From an uncultured Pseudomonadales bacterium (GTDB taxonomy: Bacteria; Pseudomonadota; Gammaproteobacteria; Pseudomonadales; Azotimanducaceae), in contig CAZAZB010000001.1 in the NCBI GenBank assembly GCA_964489485.1, positions 1 through 31,805 of the forward strand: a DNA stretch of 31,805 bases. Reading direction: 5' to 3'. Shown here piece after piece: positions 7,941-16,991 of the stretch; position 1 is the first letter of the stretch; each line of letters starts with the position of its first letter. The notes beneath the pieces were generated by a model that did not search any database, was not told where the DNA came from, and was given only the letters and a program-made list of their open reading frames with translations. The position numbers and the translations under genes were made by a program.

Positions 7941-9389
7941 ATGGACAGAACACTGGTCGATTTCGTTAAGGTCCTGCGCACTGCAGAGATCAAGGTGTCG
8001 CCTGCAGAGACGCTTGATGCAATGCAGGCAATCGACCTTGTGGGATATGAAGATCGCCAGTTTCTCAAAAACTCACTCTCTATGGTTCTCGCCAAGAATC
8101 CAGAAGAAAAAGAAGCCTTCGATTCCTGTTTTGATCACTTTTTTACTTTCCAGAAAATATCGAGCAGCCAGCCCGATTCGGGTGAATCGTCAAGTCAAAG
8201 TGATGATGGGGAATTCGATGAGGGCGAAAGTGCCGATGGCAATCGACCTGGCGGTGGTAAGGGCAGTGGACAGGGATCAGGACAGGGCGGCGGCGAGGCG
8301 TCAGAAGAAGATCATTCGCTAGCGCCGGAGTCAAAACTTGGCAAACTGCTACTGTCTGGCAATAGAACCGAGCTTACGGTCGCCCTGGCAGAAGCTGGAC
8401 GTGAGGTTGAAGTGAACCAAATCGTGGTCTTCACCCAGAAAGGTCTGTATACCAGAAAGATCATGGATGCCATGGGCCTTAAGGAGCTGCAGGAAGAAAT
8501 TTCTGAACTGCAAGCCCAGGGTGGACGCCCACAAAACACCCTTTCAGCAAAACTCAAACGCGCACGCGATCAGTTAAGGGAACAGGTTCGCGACTACGTT
8601 GAAAAGCAATTTTTCTTGCATGCAGACGAATCGGGTAAACAGCTACGCGAAGAATTGTTAAAAAAAGTAAAGCTGTCCAACCTGGAAAAACGTAATTTCA
8701 AGGATGTTCAGGAAGTCGTATTCAAGATGGCTAAAAAGTTGATCGCCATTCATTCCAAGCGTCGTAAAACCTATAAGCGTGGTCAGTTGGACGTTCGCAA
8801 AACGCTCAGACACAATATGCAATATGATGGCATGTTCTTTGACTTGAAATGGAAGGCTTCGAAAGTTGACCGACCTAAAGTCATGTGTATTTGTGATGTT
8901 AGCGGGTCAGTAAGTAATTACTCACGATTCTTGTTGATGTTTCTCTACAGCCTGGCGGAGATTCTGCCAAAAGTTCGCTCTTTCGCATTCTCATCGGATC
9001 TGGGGGAAGTGACTCGCCTGTTCGAAAGCAGTAGTCTTGAGGATGCGATGGCGAAAACAATGCGTGATTATGGCAACGGGTCCACTGACTATGGGCGCAT
9101 GCTGATGGACTTCAAACACCAGTGCATGAACGATGTTAATAACAAGACCACCATCATTATTCTTGGCGACGCCCGAAACAATTACGGCGACCCTAAATCA
9201 GAGATTCTGCGAGAAATGTATGACAAAGCCAAACGGGTCATCTGGCTCAATCCAGAACCAAAAATGAGCTGGACCGTGGGAGATGCGGAAATGAAAAAGT
9301 ATGCACCTTGCTGCCACCAGACCGAGGTCTGTAACTCACTCATGCATCTTGAACGGGTTGTCTCAAACCTACTGCGTTTTGCAGCATAA
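7941..9389 (+). CDS. VWA-domain protein (CoxE-like)
   Basis: N-terminal FVKVLRTAEIKVSPAETLDA, acidic/Gly linker, LDVRKTLR, MIDAS CDVSGSV, GSTDYG, ILGDARNNY, IWLNPEP. Starts 4 nt after the MoxR stop. Confidence 0.88.
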   Translation: MDRTLVDFVKVLRTAEIKVSPAETLDAMQAIDLVGYEDRQFLKNSLSMVLAKNPEEKEAFDSCFDHFFTFQKISSSQPDSGESSSQSDDGEFDEGESADGNRPGGGKGSGQGSGQGGGEASEEDHSLAPESKLGKLLLSGNRTELTVALAEAGREVEVNQIVVFTQKGLYTRKIMDAMGLKELQEEISELQAQGGRPQNTLSAKLKRARDQLREQVRDYVEKQFFLHADESGKQLREELLKKVKLSNLEKRNFKDVQEVVFKMAKKLIAIHSKRRKTYKRGQLDVRKTLRHNMQYDGMFFDLKWKASKVDRPKVMCICDVSGSVSNYSRFLLMFLYSLAEILPKVRSFAFSSDLGEVTRLFESSSLEDAMAKTMRDYGNGSTDYGRMLMDFKHQCMNDVNNKTTIIILGDARNNYGDPKSEILREMYDKAKRVIWLNPEPKMSWTVGDAEMKKYAPCCHQTEVCNSLMHLERVVSNLLRFAA

Positions 9390-9645
9390 TAGTCATCTCA
9401 ATCTATCGGAAACCCACAAAAACAGTACCAGTTTGCCCATCGAATTTTTTCACCCTGCTATTAAAGTATGATATGGTGCAATTCAATAAAATAAGGAGCT
9501 TGAGTTCCCGGGTAAGGTCTCTATCGAGACTGATCCAGTGACAATCGGATAACCTCTGATTAGCACCATGAATGCGCCGTTTTCAACTATGCGCCGCTGC
9601 AAATGTCGGAATAATCAAGCCATCGTTATATCCTAACGAGACAGC

Positions 9646-10251
9646 ATGACAAAAGAATCCAATTCAGCACTCTTGCATAAAGAGCCGATCTTGCATAAAG
9701 AGCCGATCTTGCATAAAGAGCAACACGGCCGGAAATCCAATCAGTTGAATGATGAGCTGACCAGCCAGCAGATGCATGACCTGGCGACCCCGTTGGTTCG
9801 CTATCTTTCCAAGAAAGTGCGCAATGACGAGGACGCGAATGATCTTGCGCAAGAAGCCTTCCTGCGTATGCATAAATTCCGCCAATCCCGTCAATTAGAC
9901 AACGCGCGTGCATTTCTCTATAAGACAGCGAATAATCTTGTCGTTGACCAGCTGAGACGGGCCAAAGTTCATGATAAATATTTGAGTTTTCAAATGCTTC
10001 CAGAACAATCAGACGAAGAAAATGACAAGTTTGCACCTTCAGCCGAACGTACTGTTCTTGCAGAACAGGAGCTCGACCAAATCTACAAGGTGGTCGATAC
10101 GATGCCCGAAAAAGTACGTCGCGCATTTCTTATGCACCGCGGAAAAGACTTGAGCTACTCGGAAATCGCCTCGGAAATGGAAGTTTCGACCAGTATGGTT
10201 GAAAAGTACATTATTCAGGCGCTTAAGATCCTGCGCAAAGAGATGTCTTAA
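9646..10251 (+). CDS. ECF sigma-70 factor, FecI-like
   Basis: Region 2 DANDLAQEAFLRM...RAFLYKTANNLVVDQLRR. Region 4 MPEKVRRAFLMHRGKDLSYSEIASEMEVSTSMVEKYIIQAL. A later start (ATG near 9772) is possible. Confidence 0.9.
   Translation: MTKESNSALLHKEPILHKEPILHKEQHGRKSNQLNDELTSQQMHDLATPLVRYLSKKVRNDEDANDLAQEAFLRMHKFRQSRQLDNARAFLYKTANNLVVDQLRRAKVHDKYLSFQMLPEQSDEENDKFAPSAERTVLAEQELDQIYKVVDTMPEKVRRAFLMHRGKDLSYSEIASEMEVSTSMVEKYIIQALKILRKEMS
9671..9721 (+). repeat. 18-bp tandem repeat (about 2.8 copies) in the sigma N-terminus
   Basis: TCTTGCATAAAGAGCCGA at 9671 and 9689, partial copy at 9707. Encodes LHKEPI-LHKEPI-LHKEQ. Confidence 0.95.
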
Positions 10252-10356
10252 TTTTCAAATCTTCTCGAACTTGCGCCAGCCTAAAATGTTGCACCCACAT
10301 GGCAGAAACACAACAGGCATACCTTTCTTCAGCCATGGTCCTATCAAGCAGCTATT

Positions 10357-10623
10357 TTATCTAGCAGCACCTGCTTCAAATTTTCGTTTCAGTTCCCACA
10401 TCTGTGGGAATGGGCGTAGTTCATCAAAATCCATCTCTTGCACCACGGACAAATCTTCCCAAAGCTGCATGGTTTCTATAAATGCCTGCTGATGTTCTCT
10501 GGCTTCGCGGAGCCAGGCAAAAAAAGTACCTCTTTCAGTATCCGTCACATTATTGGCCCGAAGCCGCACGAACCATTCGATGGCTCGATCCGACAATGCT
10601 TCAGATACAGGTAACTCTTTCAT
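10357..10623 (-). CDS. Stand-alone FecR N-terminal (DUF4880-like) anti-sigma domain protein, 88 aa
   Basis: ALSDRAIEWFVRLR...ERGTFFAWLREAREHQQAFIETMQLWEDL is the typical FecR-N pattern. GGAG RBS sits 6 nt before the ATG at 10623 (the ORF track starts at TTG 10641). No TM or periplasmic FecR domain before the TAA. Confidence 0.85.
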   Translation of the reverse strand: MKELPVSEALSDRAIEWFVRLRANNVTDTERGTFFAWLREAREHQQAFIETMQLWEDLSVVQEMDFDELRPFPQMWELKRKFEAGAAR

Positions 10624-11170
10624 GAAATACTCCAGGATCAACTGACAACTACTAGGACGCTGAACCGATGAAGATGGTTGCTTCCACCTTGGCTACTTTG
10701 CCCTGGGGATCATTGTTGTCTCTACTGAGTCGCCAGGCGCTACAATAAAGTTCTATCGGGTGGTTAAAAAGCGCTATTCGTCCCGATACCCAATCTCATT
10801 GTCCATGCTTTAAGTGTTCCAGGATCAATTTTGCGCCGAGCACCATCATATAGAAGGTGAACTGACGTCTAGAACTCACATTTTCCCTTAAACACCTCTT
10901 GATGTGCCCCAGAAAGATGCAAAAACATCCCTGAACAAAGACCGGAGTAGCGTGAATTGTATTCACCAATTTGATCAAAATGGAGAGAATTAGTAATAAT
11001 TTAGGCATTTGTTCATTTTTTTTCAGGTATTTTTACTTTTTTACTCATTTTTGTTGTGGGGTTGTGTGAGTTGTTCGTCTTATTAGTTACCAGCGATCCA
11101 ATCGTTGAATGAAACTCTGCGTCTAGCAGAATTCAAAAAATAAAACATCCGAAGTGATGGGGGATAAAAC

Positions 11171-13999
11171 ATGTTAAAAAGAAAGCCATTATCCGTGGCT
11201 GTAGCGACTGCCTTAGGCGTCGTATCTGCATCAGGCATTTTCACCAATACCGCTTACGCGGCTGATGAAATCATGATGGAAGAAGTCGTAGTAACCGGTT
11301 CACGTATTAAGCGTGCCGACCTTAATGCTGTAAGTCCATACACAATTGTTACCGGGGAAGAATTTAGCCTTTCTGGCATCATTAATGTTGAACAAAAAAT
11401 GGCAGAACTGCCTCAGACGCTACCCAGCTTTGGACCTAGTTCAAACAATCCGGGTGATGGTACTGCACGAGTCGACCTGCGCGGCCTGGGTAGTTCACGT
11501 ACTTTGGTTCTGGTTAACGGCCGCCGTTATATTCCAGCAACACAGTCTGGCGTTGTCGACCTCAACACGATTCCGGGCACGCTTATTAAGCAAGTCGACG
11601 TCCTGACAGGTGGTGCATCTGCAGTATATGGCTCCGATGCATTGGCAGGTGTTGTGAACTTTCAACTAGTTGATGACTTCGAAGGTGTTGAATTCACCGG
11701 CTTGTACGACATCACGTCTGATGGCGATGCTGAAAAGTACAACATGGACATCACCCTGGGTGGTAACTTTGATGACGGACGGGGTAACGCTGTTATCTAT
11801 GCTTCCTACTCAAAGCGTGAAGCACTCTTCCAGGGCGATCGAAAGTTCTCAAACCTGGCATTAACTGAAGATGAAGACGATGCTGGCAATCCTATTTTGG
11901 TCGGTGGTGGTTCTTCCGGTGTACCGGGGACACGTATTTTCGGCGGCGGCACTTTGCCCGATGGCTCGGACCTGGGTACTTTTGGTCCAAATGGCGAAGG
12001 ACTAAACTGGATTGAGCCAACAAGCCGATTCAACTATGCACCTGACAACTTCCTTCAGTTGCCACAAGAACGGTACCTGGTCTCTGCAATGGGTCACTAC
12101 GACATCGCCGAGAATGTACGTGCTTACACTGAAGTCACTTATTCTTATAACCTGGTCCCACAGGAATTGGCGCCTACGCCAGCTTTCACCACGGTGAACA
12201 TCAATCCTGAATCGCCTTTCTTCGCCGCTGACGCTGCTGCAGCATTGCGAACACTCCGCACTGACCCAACTGATGCCACGGAAAATGTGGAAGCATTTAT
12301 TGGTCGTCGAATGGTTGAAAATGGCTCACGTCAGTCTATCGATACAAGAAGCGCATTCCGCATTCTTGTTGGTCTGGACGGTGATTTTAATGATAAGTGG
12401 TCATTTGATACCTACTACAGTCTTGCCCACCTCGAAAATAGCAATGCGTTAAATAACGACGTATCCGCTTCCCGATTTGTCCAGGGCGTTCTGGTTACTG
12501 ATGACGGTACTGCGTGTCAGGATCCTTCCGGTGGCTGTGTACCGATTAACATATTTGGTGCCGGTAATATCTCGCAGGCTGCGATCGACTATGTCAACAT
12601 CAGCGCCACAAACCTCACCAATATTGAACAGGAAGTTATTCTTGCCAGCGTCTTCGGTGAAATAGCGACATTGCCAGCTGCTAGCGACCCAGTATCAGTT
12701 GTTTTGGGTTACGAGCATCGTGCAGACAATTCAAGCTTCAGACCTGATACCTTCCTGGCAACAGGTGATGTTCTTGGATTTAACTCTGGTAAAGCAACCA
12801 AAGGTCGATACAACGCGACTGAATTCTTCGGAGAAGTATCTGCACCCTTGGTACAGGGCCGTTCCGGTGCAGAAGATCTTACCCTCTGGGGCGCGATTCG
12901 AGTTTCGGATTACTCCAACATTGGTAGCGTGACATCTTGGGCAACAGCCATCAACTACTCACCCATCGAAAGCGTTAAGCTGCGAGCGGGTTATCAGGTA
13001 GCGGTACGGGCGCCTAATGTCGCTGAGTTGTTCCTTGGCCAGTCTAACGGCTTCCCAGGTGCAGACGACCCCTGTTCAGTTGACGGCTTCCAGACTGGTA
13101 CTACAAATGCATTGCTATGTACCGCCACTGGCGTTGCAGCAGCAGATGTTGGTGTGTTCACTCAAGCTAACTCTCAGATCGAAGGTCGCTTCGGTGGTAA
13201 CCCAGATCTGAAGGAAGAAACTTCGAACACTTACACCTTCGGTGTTATCTGGCAGCCAATGGCTGGCCTTGATATCAGTGCTGACTACTACAACATTGAA
13301 ATCGAAGATGCGATTAGCGTACTCGGTGGCAGTGTCACCAATGTATTGGACTTGTGCTACAACGTGATTCAGGACGGTGCATCACCTTTTTGCCAGGCGA
13401 TTACGCGTCGTACAGACGGCAACGTTGACTTCGTCAATGTACTCAACTCAAACATTGGCTTGATCGAAACTGATGGTATCGATGTCAATGTTAACTACAA
13501 CACTGATCTTGACTTTGGTATTGGTGGTAACGGTTCTACACTGAGTCTTGCATTTACAAGTAACTTCCTTGGTAACTTTGATGTAACACCTGTTGCAGAA
13601 CTTTCTGATCGAGTTGATGTGTGTGCAGGCCAGTTTGGTAATACCTGTGGCGCTCCACTGACAGACGTTACCTGGAACCTGCGTGCTACCTGGTACTCCG
13701 GTAACTGGACACTTTCTACTCTGGTTCGATACATTGGCGAAAGCGATGACGACCAGATCAAGAATGGTGGTGTTGACAAGGCTACCTTGCCAGCGGCTAC
13801 TATTGATTCAGAGTACTATGTTGACCTGGCTGCGGTATACCAGTTCAATGAAGGGCTTAGCATCAATGTTGGTGTGAACAATATTTTTGATACCACACCC
13901 ACCAGAGTTGGTGATTCTCAGGAACAGGCTAATACCTTCCCTTCTACTTATAGTCTTTTCGGACCTCGTTACTTTGTGGCCGCTTCCTATAAGTTCTAG
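11171..13999 (+). CDS. TonB-dependent outer-membrane receptor (942 aa), no N-terminal signalling domain
   Basis: Signal peptide ending ...TAYA, TonB box EEVVVTGSR immediately after it, plug motifs RTLVLVNGRR and GASAVYGSDALAGVVNF, C-terminal GVNNIFD...GPRYFVAASYKF with terminal Phe. Confidence 0.97.
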   Translation: MLKRKPLSVAVATALGVVSASGIFTNTAYAADEIMMEEVVVTGSRIKRADLNAVSPYTIVTGEEFSLSGIINVEQKMAELPQTLPSFGPSSNNPGDGTARVDLRGLGSSRTLVLVNGRRYIPATQSGVVDLNTIPGTLIKQVDVLTGGASAVYGSDALAGVVNFQLVDDFEGVEFTGLYDITSDGDAEKYNMDITLGGNFDDGRGNAVIYASYSKREALFQGDRKFSNLALTEDEDDAGNPILVGGGSSGVPGTRIFGGGTLPDGSDLGTFGPNGEGLNWIEPTSRFNYAPDNFLQLPQERYLVSAMGHYDIAENVRAYTEVTYSYNLVPQELAPTPAFTTVNINPESPFFAADAAAALRTLRTDPTDATENVEAFIGRRMVENGSRQSIDTRSAFRILVGLDGDFNDKWSFDTYYSLAHLENSNALNNDVSASRFVQGVLVTDDGTACQDPSGGCVPINIFGAGNISQAAIDYVNISATNLTNIEQEVILASVFGEIATLPAASDPVSVVLGYEHRADNSSFRPDTFLATGDVLGFNSGKATKGRYNATEFFGEVSAPLVQGRSGAEDLTLWGAIRVSDYSNIGSVTSWATAINYSPIESVKLRAGYQVAVRAPNVAELFLGQSNGFPGADDPCSVDGFQTGTTNALLCTATGVAAADVGVFTQANSQIEGRFGGNPDLKEETSNTYTFGVIWQPMAGLDISADYYNIEIEDAISVLGGSVTNVLDLCYNVIQDGASPFCQAITRRTDGNVDFVNVLNSNIGLIETDGIDVNVNYNTDLDFGIGGNGSTLSLAFTSNFLGNFDVTPVAELSDRVDVCAGQFGNTCGAPLTDVTWNLRATWYSGNWTLSTLVRYIGESDDDQIKNGGVDKATLPAATIDSEYYVDLAAVYQFNEGLSINVGVNNIFDTTPTRVGDSQEQANTFPSTYSLFGPRYFVAASYKF

Positions 14000-14035
14000 A
14001 GATCGTCATTAGTGCTAGTGTTTTTGACACGATAG

Positions 14036-14065
14036 AAAACGGCGGGTTATCCCGCCGTTTTTTTT
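14036..14065 (+). terminator. Rho-independent terminator after the TBDR
   Basis: AAAACGGCGGG-TTAT-CCCGCCGTTTT, with T8 at 14058-14065. Confidence 0.9.
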
Positions 14066-14081
14066 GGATGTATAATAAGTT

Positions 14082-15932
14082 ATGCCTGCTAGCCAACAAA
14101 TTCGCTTTCAACAATTGCTGCAACAGCTATTTACCTCAGTTCAAAATAGCGATCCACTCGCGCTCCAAAAAATCCTCACTCTCCTGGAAAAAAACCCGAA
14201 AGAACCCAACCTTCTGCACCTGGCAGGGCTTGCCTCTCTAAATACAGGGGATTATCAACGGGCCGTGGACTACTTAACACGCTCACTCGATAGCCATTCA
14301 CAGCAGCCTGACGTACAAAATAATCTGGCAAATGCCTTTAAAGAACTGGGAGACCTGGAAAGTGCCGAGACTCAGTACAAATCCGCCATCACCCTTAATC
14401 CCCAATATCAGGAAGCGTGGAAAAACCTCGGCCTGCTACAAATTTCCATGGAGCTTCACGATGAGGCAGAAGACTCTTTACGACGGGCAATAAGTTTAAG
14501 CCCTCGAGATGTCGGCGCCCTGACCGCTTTAGGCAACATATACAAGGAACAAGAGGCGTTCGAAAAGGCTATTACCACTTACCAGCAAGCGCTTCAAATT
14601 GACCCGAATTATGTGAATGCCCTGCATAACATGGGCCTGGCCTACAAGCTTCTAGAGAAAGCTGACGAGGCAATCGCCTGCTACCAACGTGCTCAGGAAA
14701 TTGCGCCCGGAGTCGCTGAAATCGACTTTAACTATGGCAATGCCCTTTATGAATCTGGTCAACACGAACAAGCCGAGCGCCTCTACCTAAGTGCCATTCG
14801 TAAGAACCCTCATTTTGAATTGGCTCACGAGACATTAAGTGAGTTCTATTGGCAGTCAGGGGAACCCGATAAGATTGAAAATAGCTACCGGGAAGCGATC
14901 AAATCGTCGCCAGGGCACACCGGGCTCCGGCTGTCTTTTATCAATATGTTAATCGCCGTTAACCGTCATAGTACGGCACAATCGATCGTCGAGGACTCAC
15001 TCAAACAGGAGATCACGCCGGAACTCTTACACGCTCAGGGTAGACTGTTCGCTAACGAAATGGACTACGACAATGCCAGAAGTACCATGGAGAAAGCCCT
15101 TCAGAAGTCATTCTCTCTGGATATTGCGCAAGATCTCATCCGGCTCTACATACTCATTGGCAACTATCATCAGGCGCTCGATCTGCTGGTAAAGGCGCAG
15201 TTGTTGAAACCAGAAGATCAATTGAATTGGGCGCTCAAAGGACTGTGTTGGCGGTTACTTGAAGACGATCGTTACCACTGGCTGATAGACTATCAAGCCT
15301 ATGTTCGAGGCTACACACTTCCCACGCCGCAAGGATATGCCAACCTTGCTGACTTTATGGAAGAATTGAAATCGGTGTTGTTAGGTATGCATACAACAGA
15401 TCTTGAACCCTCACGACAGACATTGAAGCATGGCACACAGACGCCGGGCAGATTACTGCACAAGCCCCACCCTGTTATCCAATCGTACAAGGCTTCGCTC
15501 ACAGAGGCAGTTCAGGAATACATTTCTACCTTCCCTCAGGATGACGCGCATCCGTTACTCAGAAGAAAGAGTGAAGACTTCAGTTTTTCCGGGTCATGGT
15601 CTGTGAAGCTCAAATCAAGTGGTTTCCATATTAATCACGTACACCCGGAAGGCTGGATCAGTTCTGCATGCTATATATCACTTCCGGAAACCATGTCTCT
15701 TGAGCACAGGTCCATTGAAAACAGGTCCGCAGAAGACGGAGACAGTGGTTGCATCAAATTTGGGGAGAGTCCGCTCGGTCTGGGCGAGAGAGAAGTTATC
15801 GAACGGGTCATCCGACCCGAACCTGGCTTGATGGCATTTTTCCCATCCTACACCTGGCACGGTACATTCGATTTTGAGTGTGATGAGGGCGACTATCGAA
15901 TGACCGCCCCATTTGATGTTGTACCAGTCTAA
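14082..15932 (+). CDS. TPR-repeat protein with C-terminal putative Fe(II)/2OG oxygenase domain (TIGR02466-like)
   Basis: Many TPRs (e.g. NNLANAFKELGDLESAETQYKSAITLNP). C-terminal QTLKHGTQT, SWSVKL...GFHINHVHPEGWISSACYI, FFPSYTWHGT, RMTAPFDV. Confidence 0.85.
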   Translation: MPASQQIRFQQLLQQLFTSVQNSDPLALQKILTLLEKNPKEPNLLHLAGLASLNTGDYQRAVDYLTRSLDSHSQQPDVQNNLANAFKELGDLESAETQYKSAITLNPQYQEAWKNLGLLQISMELHDEAEDSLRRAISLSPRDVGALTALGNIYKEQEAFEKAITTYQQALQIDPNYVNALHNMGLAYKLLEKADEAIACYQRAQEIAPGVAEIDFNYGNALYESGQHEQAERLYLSAIRKNPHFELAHETLSEFYWQSGEPDKIENSYREAIKSSPGHTGLRLSFINMLIAVNRHSTAQSIVEDSLKQEITPELLHAQGRLFANEMDYDNARSTMEKALQKSFSLDIAQDLIRLYILIGNYHQALDLLVKAQLLKPEDQLNWALKGLCWRLLEDDRYHWLIDYQAYVRGYTLPTPQGYANLADFMEELKSVLLGMHTTDLEPSRQTLKHGTQTPGRLLHKPHPVIQSYKASLTEAVQEYISTFPQDDAHPLLRRKSEDFSFSGSWSVKLKSSGFHINHVHPEGWISSACYISLPETMSLEHRSIENRSAEDGDSGCIKFGESPLGLGEREVIERVIRPEPGLMAFFPSYTWHGTFDFECDEGDYRMTAPFDVVPV

Positions 15933-15980
15933 ATCGTACCGGTCTAAGCTGTACCGGTCTAAATCGTGCCAGTCTAAATC
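15921..15980. repeat. 4 x 15-bp tandem repeat spanning a stop codon
   Basis: GTACCAGTCTAAATC, GTACCGGTCTAAGCT, GTACCGGTCTAAATC, GTGCCAGTCTAAATC. The first unit encodes V-P-V-stop of the upstream gene. Confidence 0.9.
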
Positions 15981-15983
15981 CCG

Positions 15984-16709
15984 TTATGGTAAAGCCGGGT
16001 CTACGCCCTTTCTTAACCAACCTGTGATGGCATAACGCGGTGCACCGGCAAAAGGTGCGACATATGCCACTGAATGCTGCTGCGGTACCTTCAATATGTT
16101 CAATGCATTAAATGTCGGCGAAAATGCTTCCTTGATGCCTCCATTGTGGTCCATGAACTGTAAGGCGCCACCCCAATTCGCATTCCAGTCGGGCGTTAAA
16201 TTTAGAATATAGGCCGCGAGCCTATTCTTACCGGCAACATTGTCATCATGTGAGGTCAGAAAATGACCCGGTAGAAAACAGGTTGCCTGGGCGTCTGCAA
16301 ATGCTATTTCCGGCATATCAAGCGCCTCGCGGAGATAGCCCAGAAAAACCTCGCTATTCAAAAACTCGAATATCTTATTCAAAAAACTGTCCGGCAATAA
16401 TTTTTGATGGTAGATGTCATAGATGGGCACAGATCGGTAAAGATACTGAAAATCATTCGTTGCCTGGGTATGCACAATATTCAGGAAATCAGCTTTCTGT
16501 TCCTGATTCCACAAAGACTCCGATGCAGCGTCAATATCCACATGTTTCCCATTTTGATTAAAAACCAGATTCCATTTTTCTTGATGGCACAAGGTTTCGT
16601 AAATCTTATGTGCAGCATCAGGCGTCAGAAGATTGGGTATGTGGACCCGACCCTGTTCCTTAAATTTTGTCCGGTAGGGTTCTGGTTGGAGTTCGCTGGA
16701 TAATTTCAT
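15984..16709 (-). CDS. Fe(II)/2OG-dependent dioxygenase (prolyl-hydroxylase-like)
   Basis: AQATCFLPGHFLTSHDD (HxD), AYILNLTPDW...WGGALQF, PTFNALNIL, distal His in QHSV, RYAITGWL. Confidence 0.9.
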   Translation of the reverse strand: MKLSSELQPEPYRTKFKEQGRVHIPNLLTPDAAHKIYETLCHQEKWNLVFNQNGKHVDIDAASESLWNQEQKADFLNIVHTQATNDFQYLYRSVPIYDIYHQKLLPDSFLNKIFEFLNSEVFLGYLREALDMPEIAFADAQATCFLPGHFLTSHDDNVAGKNRLAAYILNLTPDWNANWGGALQFMDHNGGIKEAFSPTFNALNILKVPQQHSVAYVAPFAGAPRYAITGWLRKGVDPALP

Positions 16710-16729
16710 TGATTTATTTCATTCCCTGC

Positions 16730-16785
16730 TTCGAAAAAAATGGTTTCGAAATAATGGTGTTTCGAAATAACGGTTCCGAAAAACG
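16730..16785. repeat. About 15-bp-period array of TTCGAA palindromes in a divergent promoter region
   Basis: TTCGAAAAAAATGGT, TTCGAAATAATGGTGT, TTCGAAATAACGGT, TCCGAAAAACG starting at 16730, 16745, 16761, 16775. Confidence 0.8.
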
Positions 16786-16991
16786 CCTCTACAATATTAA
16801 GCTTGAGACTGTTTTTGAAAATTTGTCCTGTCTCTGACACTCATTCAAAAACACAGGGAGATCATCAATCGGCGATTTTGTATGGCCATTCCTCAACTGC
16901 TAACATTACAAGAGAATCGAAATGTTAGAAACAGAAACTTCGTGTGTACAGCTGCCTGAGAGACCAGACAGCTGTGCGAAAGGCTCCGCAC

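Noticed and set aside
6986-9389. CO dehydrogenase (cox) locus
   Set aside because: Only CoxD/CoxE-like accessory genes are present; no coxL, coxM or coxS, so CO oxidation cannot be inferred.
10985-11085. Fur box or ECF promoter upstream of the TBDR (GAATTAGTAATAATTTAGG; CGTC near 11077)
   Set aside because: Matches are too degenerate for an AT-rich region; not supportable without TSS data.
10642-11170. RiPP precursor or small ORFs near the TBDR (10796..11008 minus; 26-codon ORF at 10668; also a 39-codon ORF near 20258)
   Set aside because: No convincing RBS, leader or core pattern. The region looks like an AT-rich promoter, and no precursor peptide could be supported.
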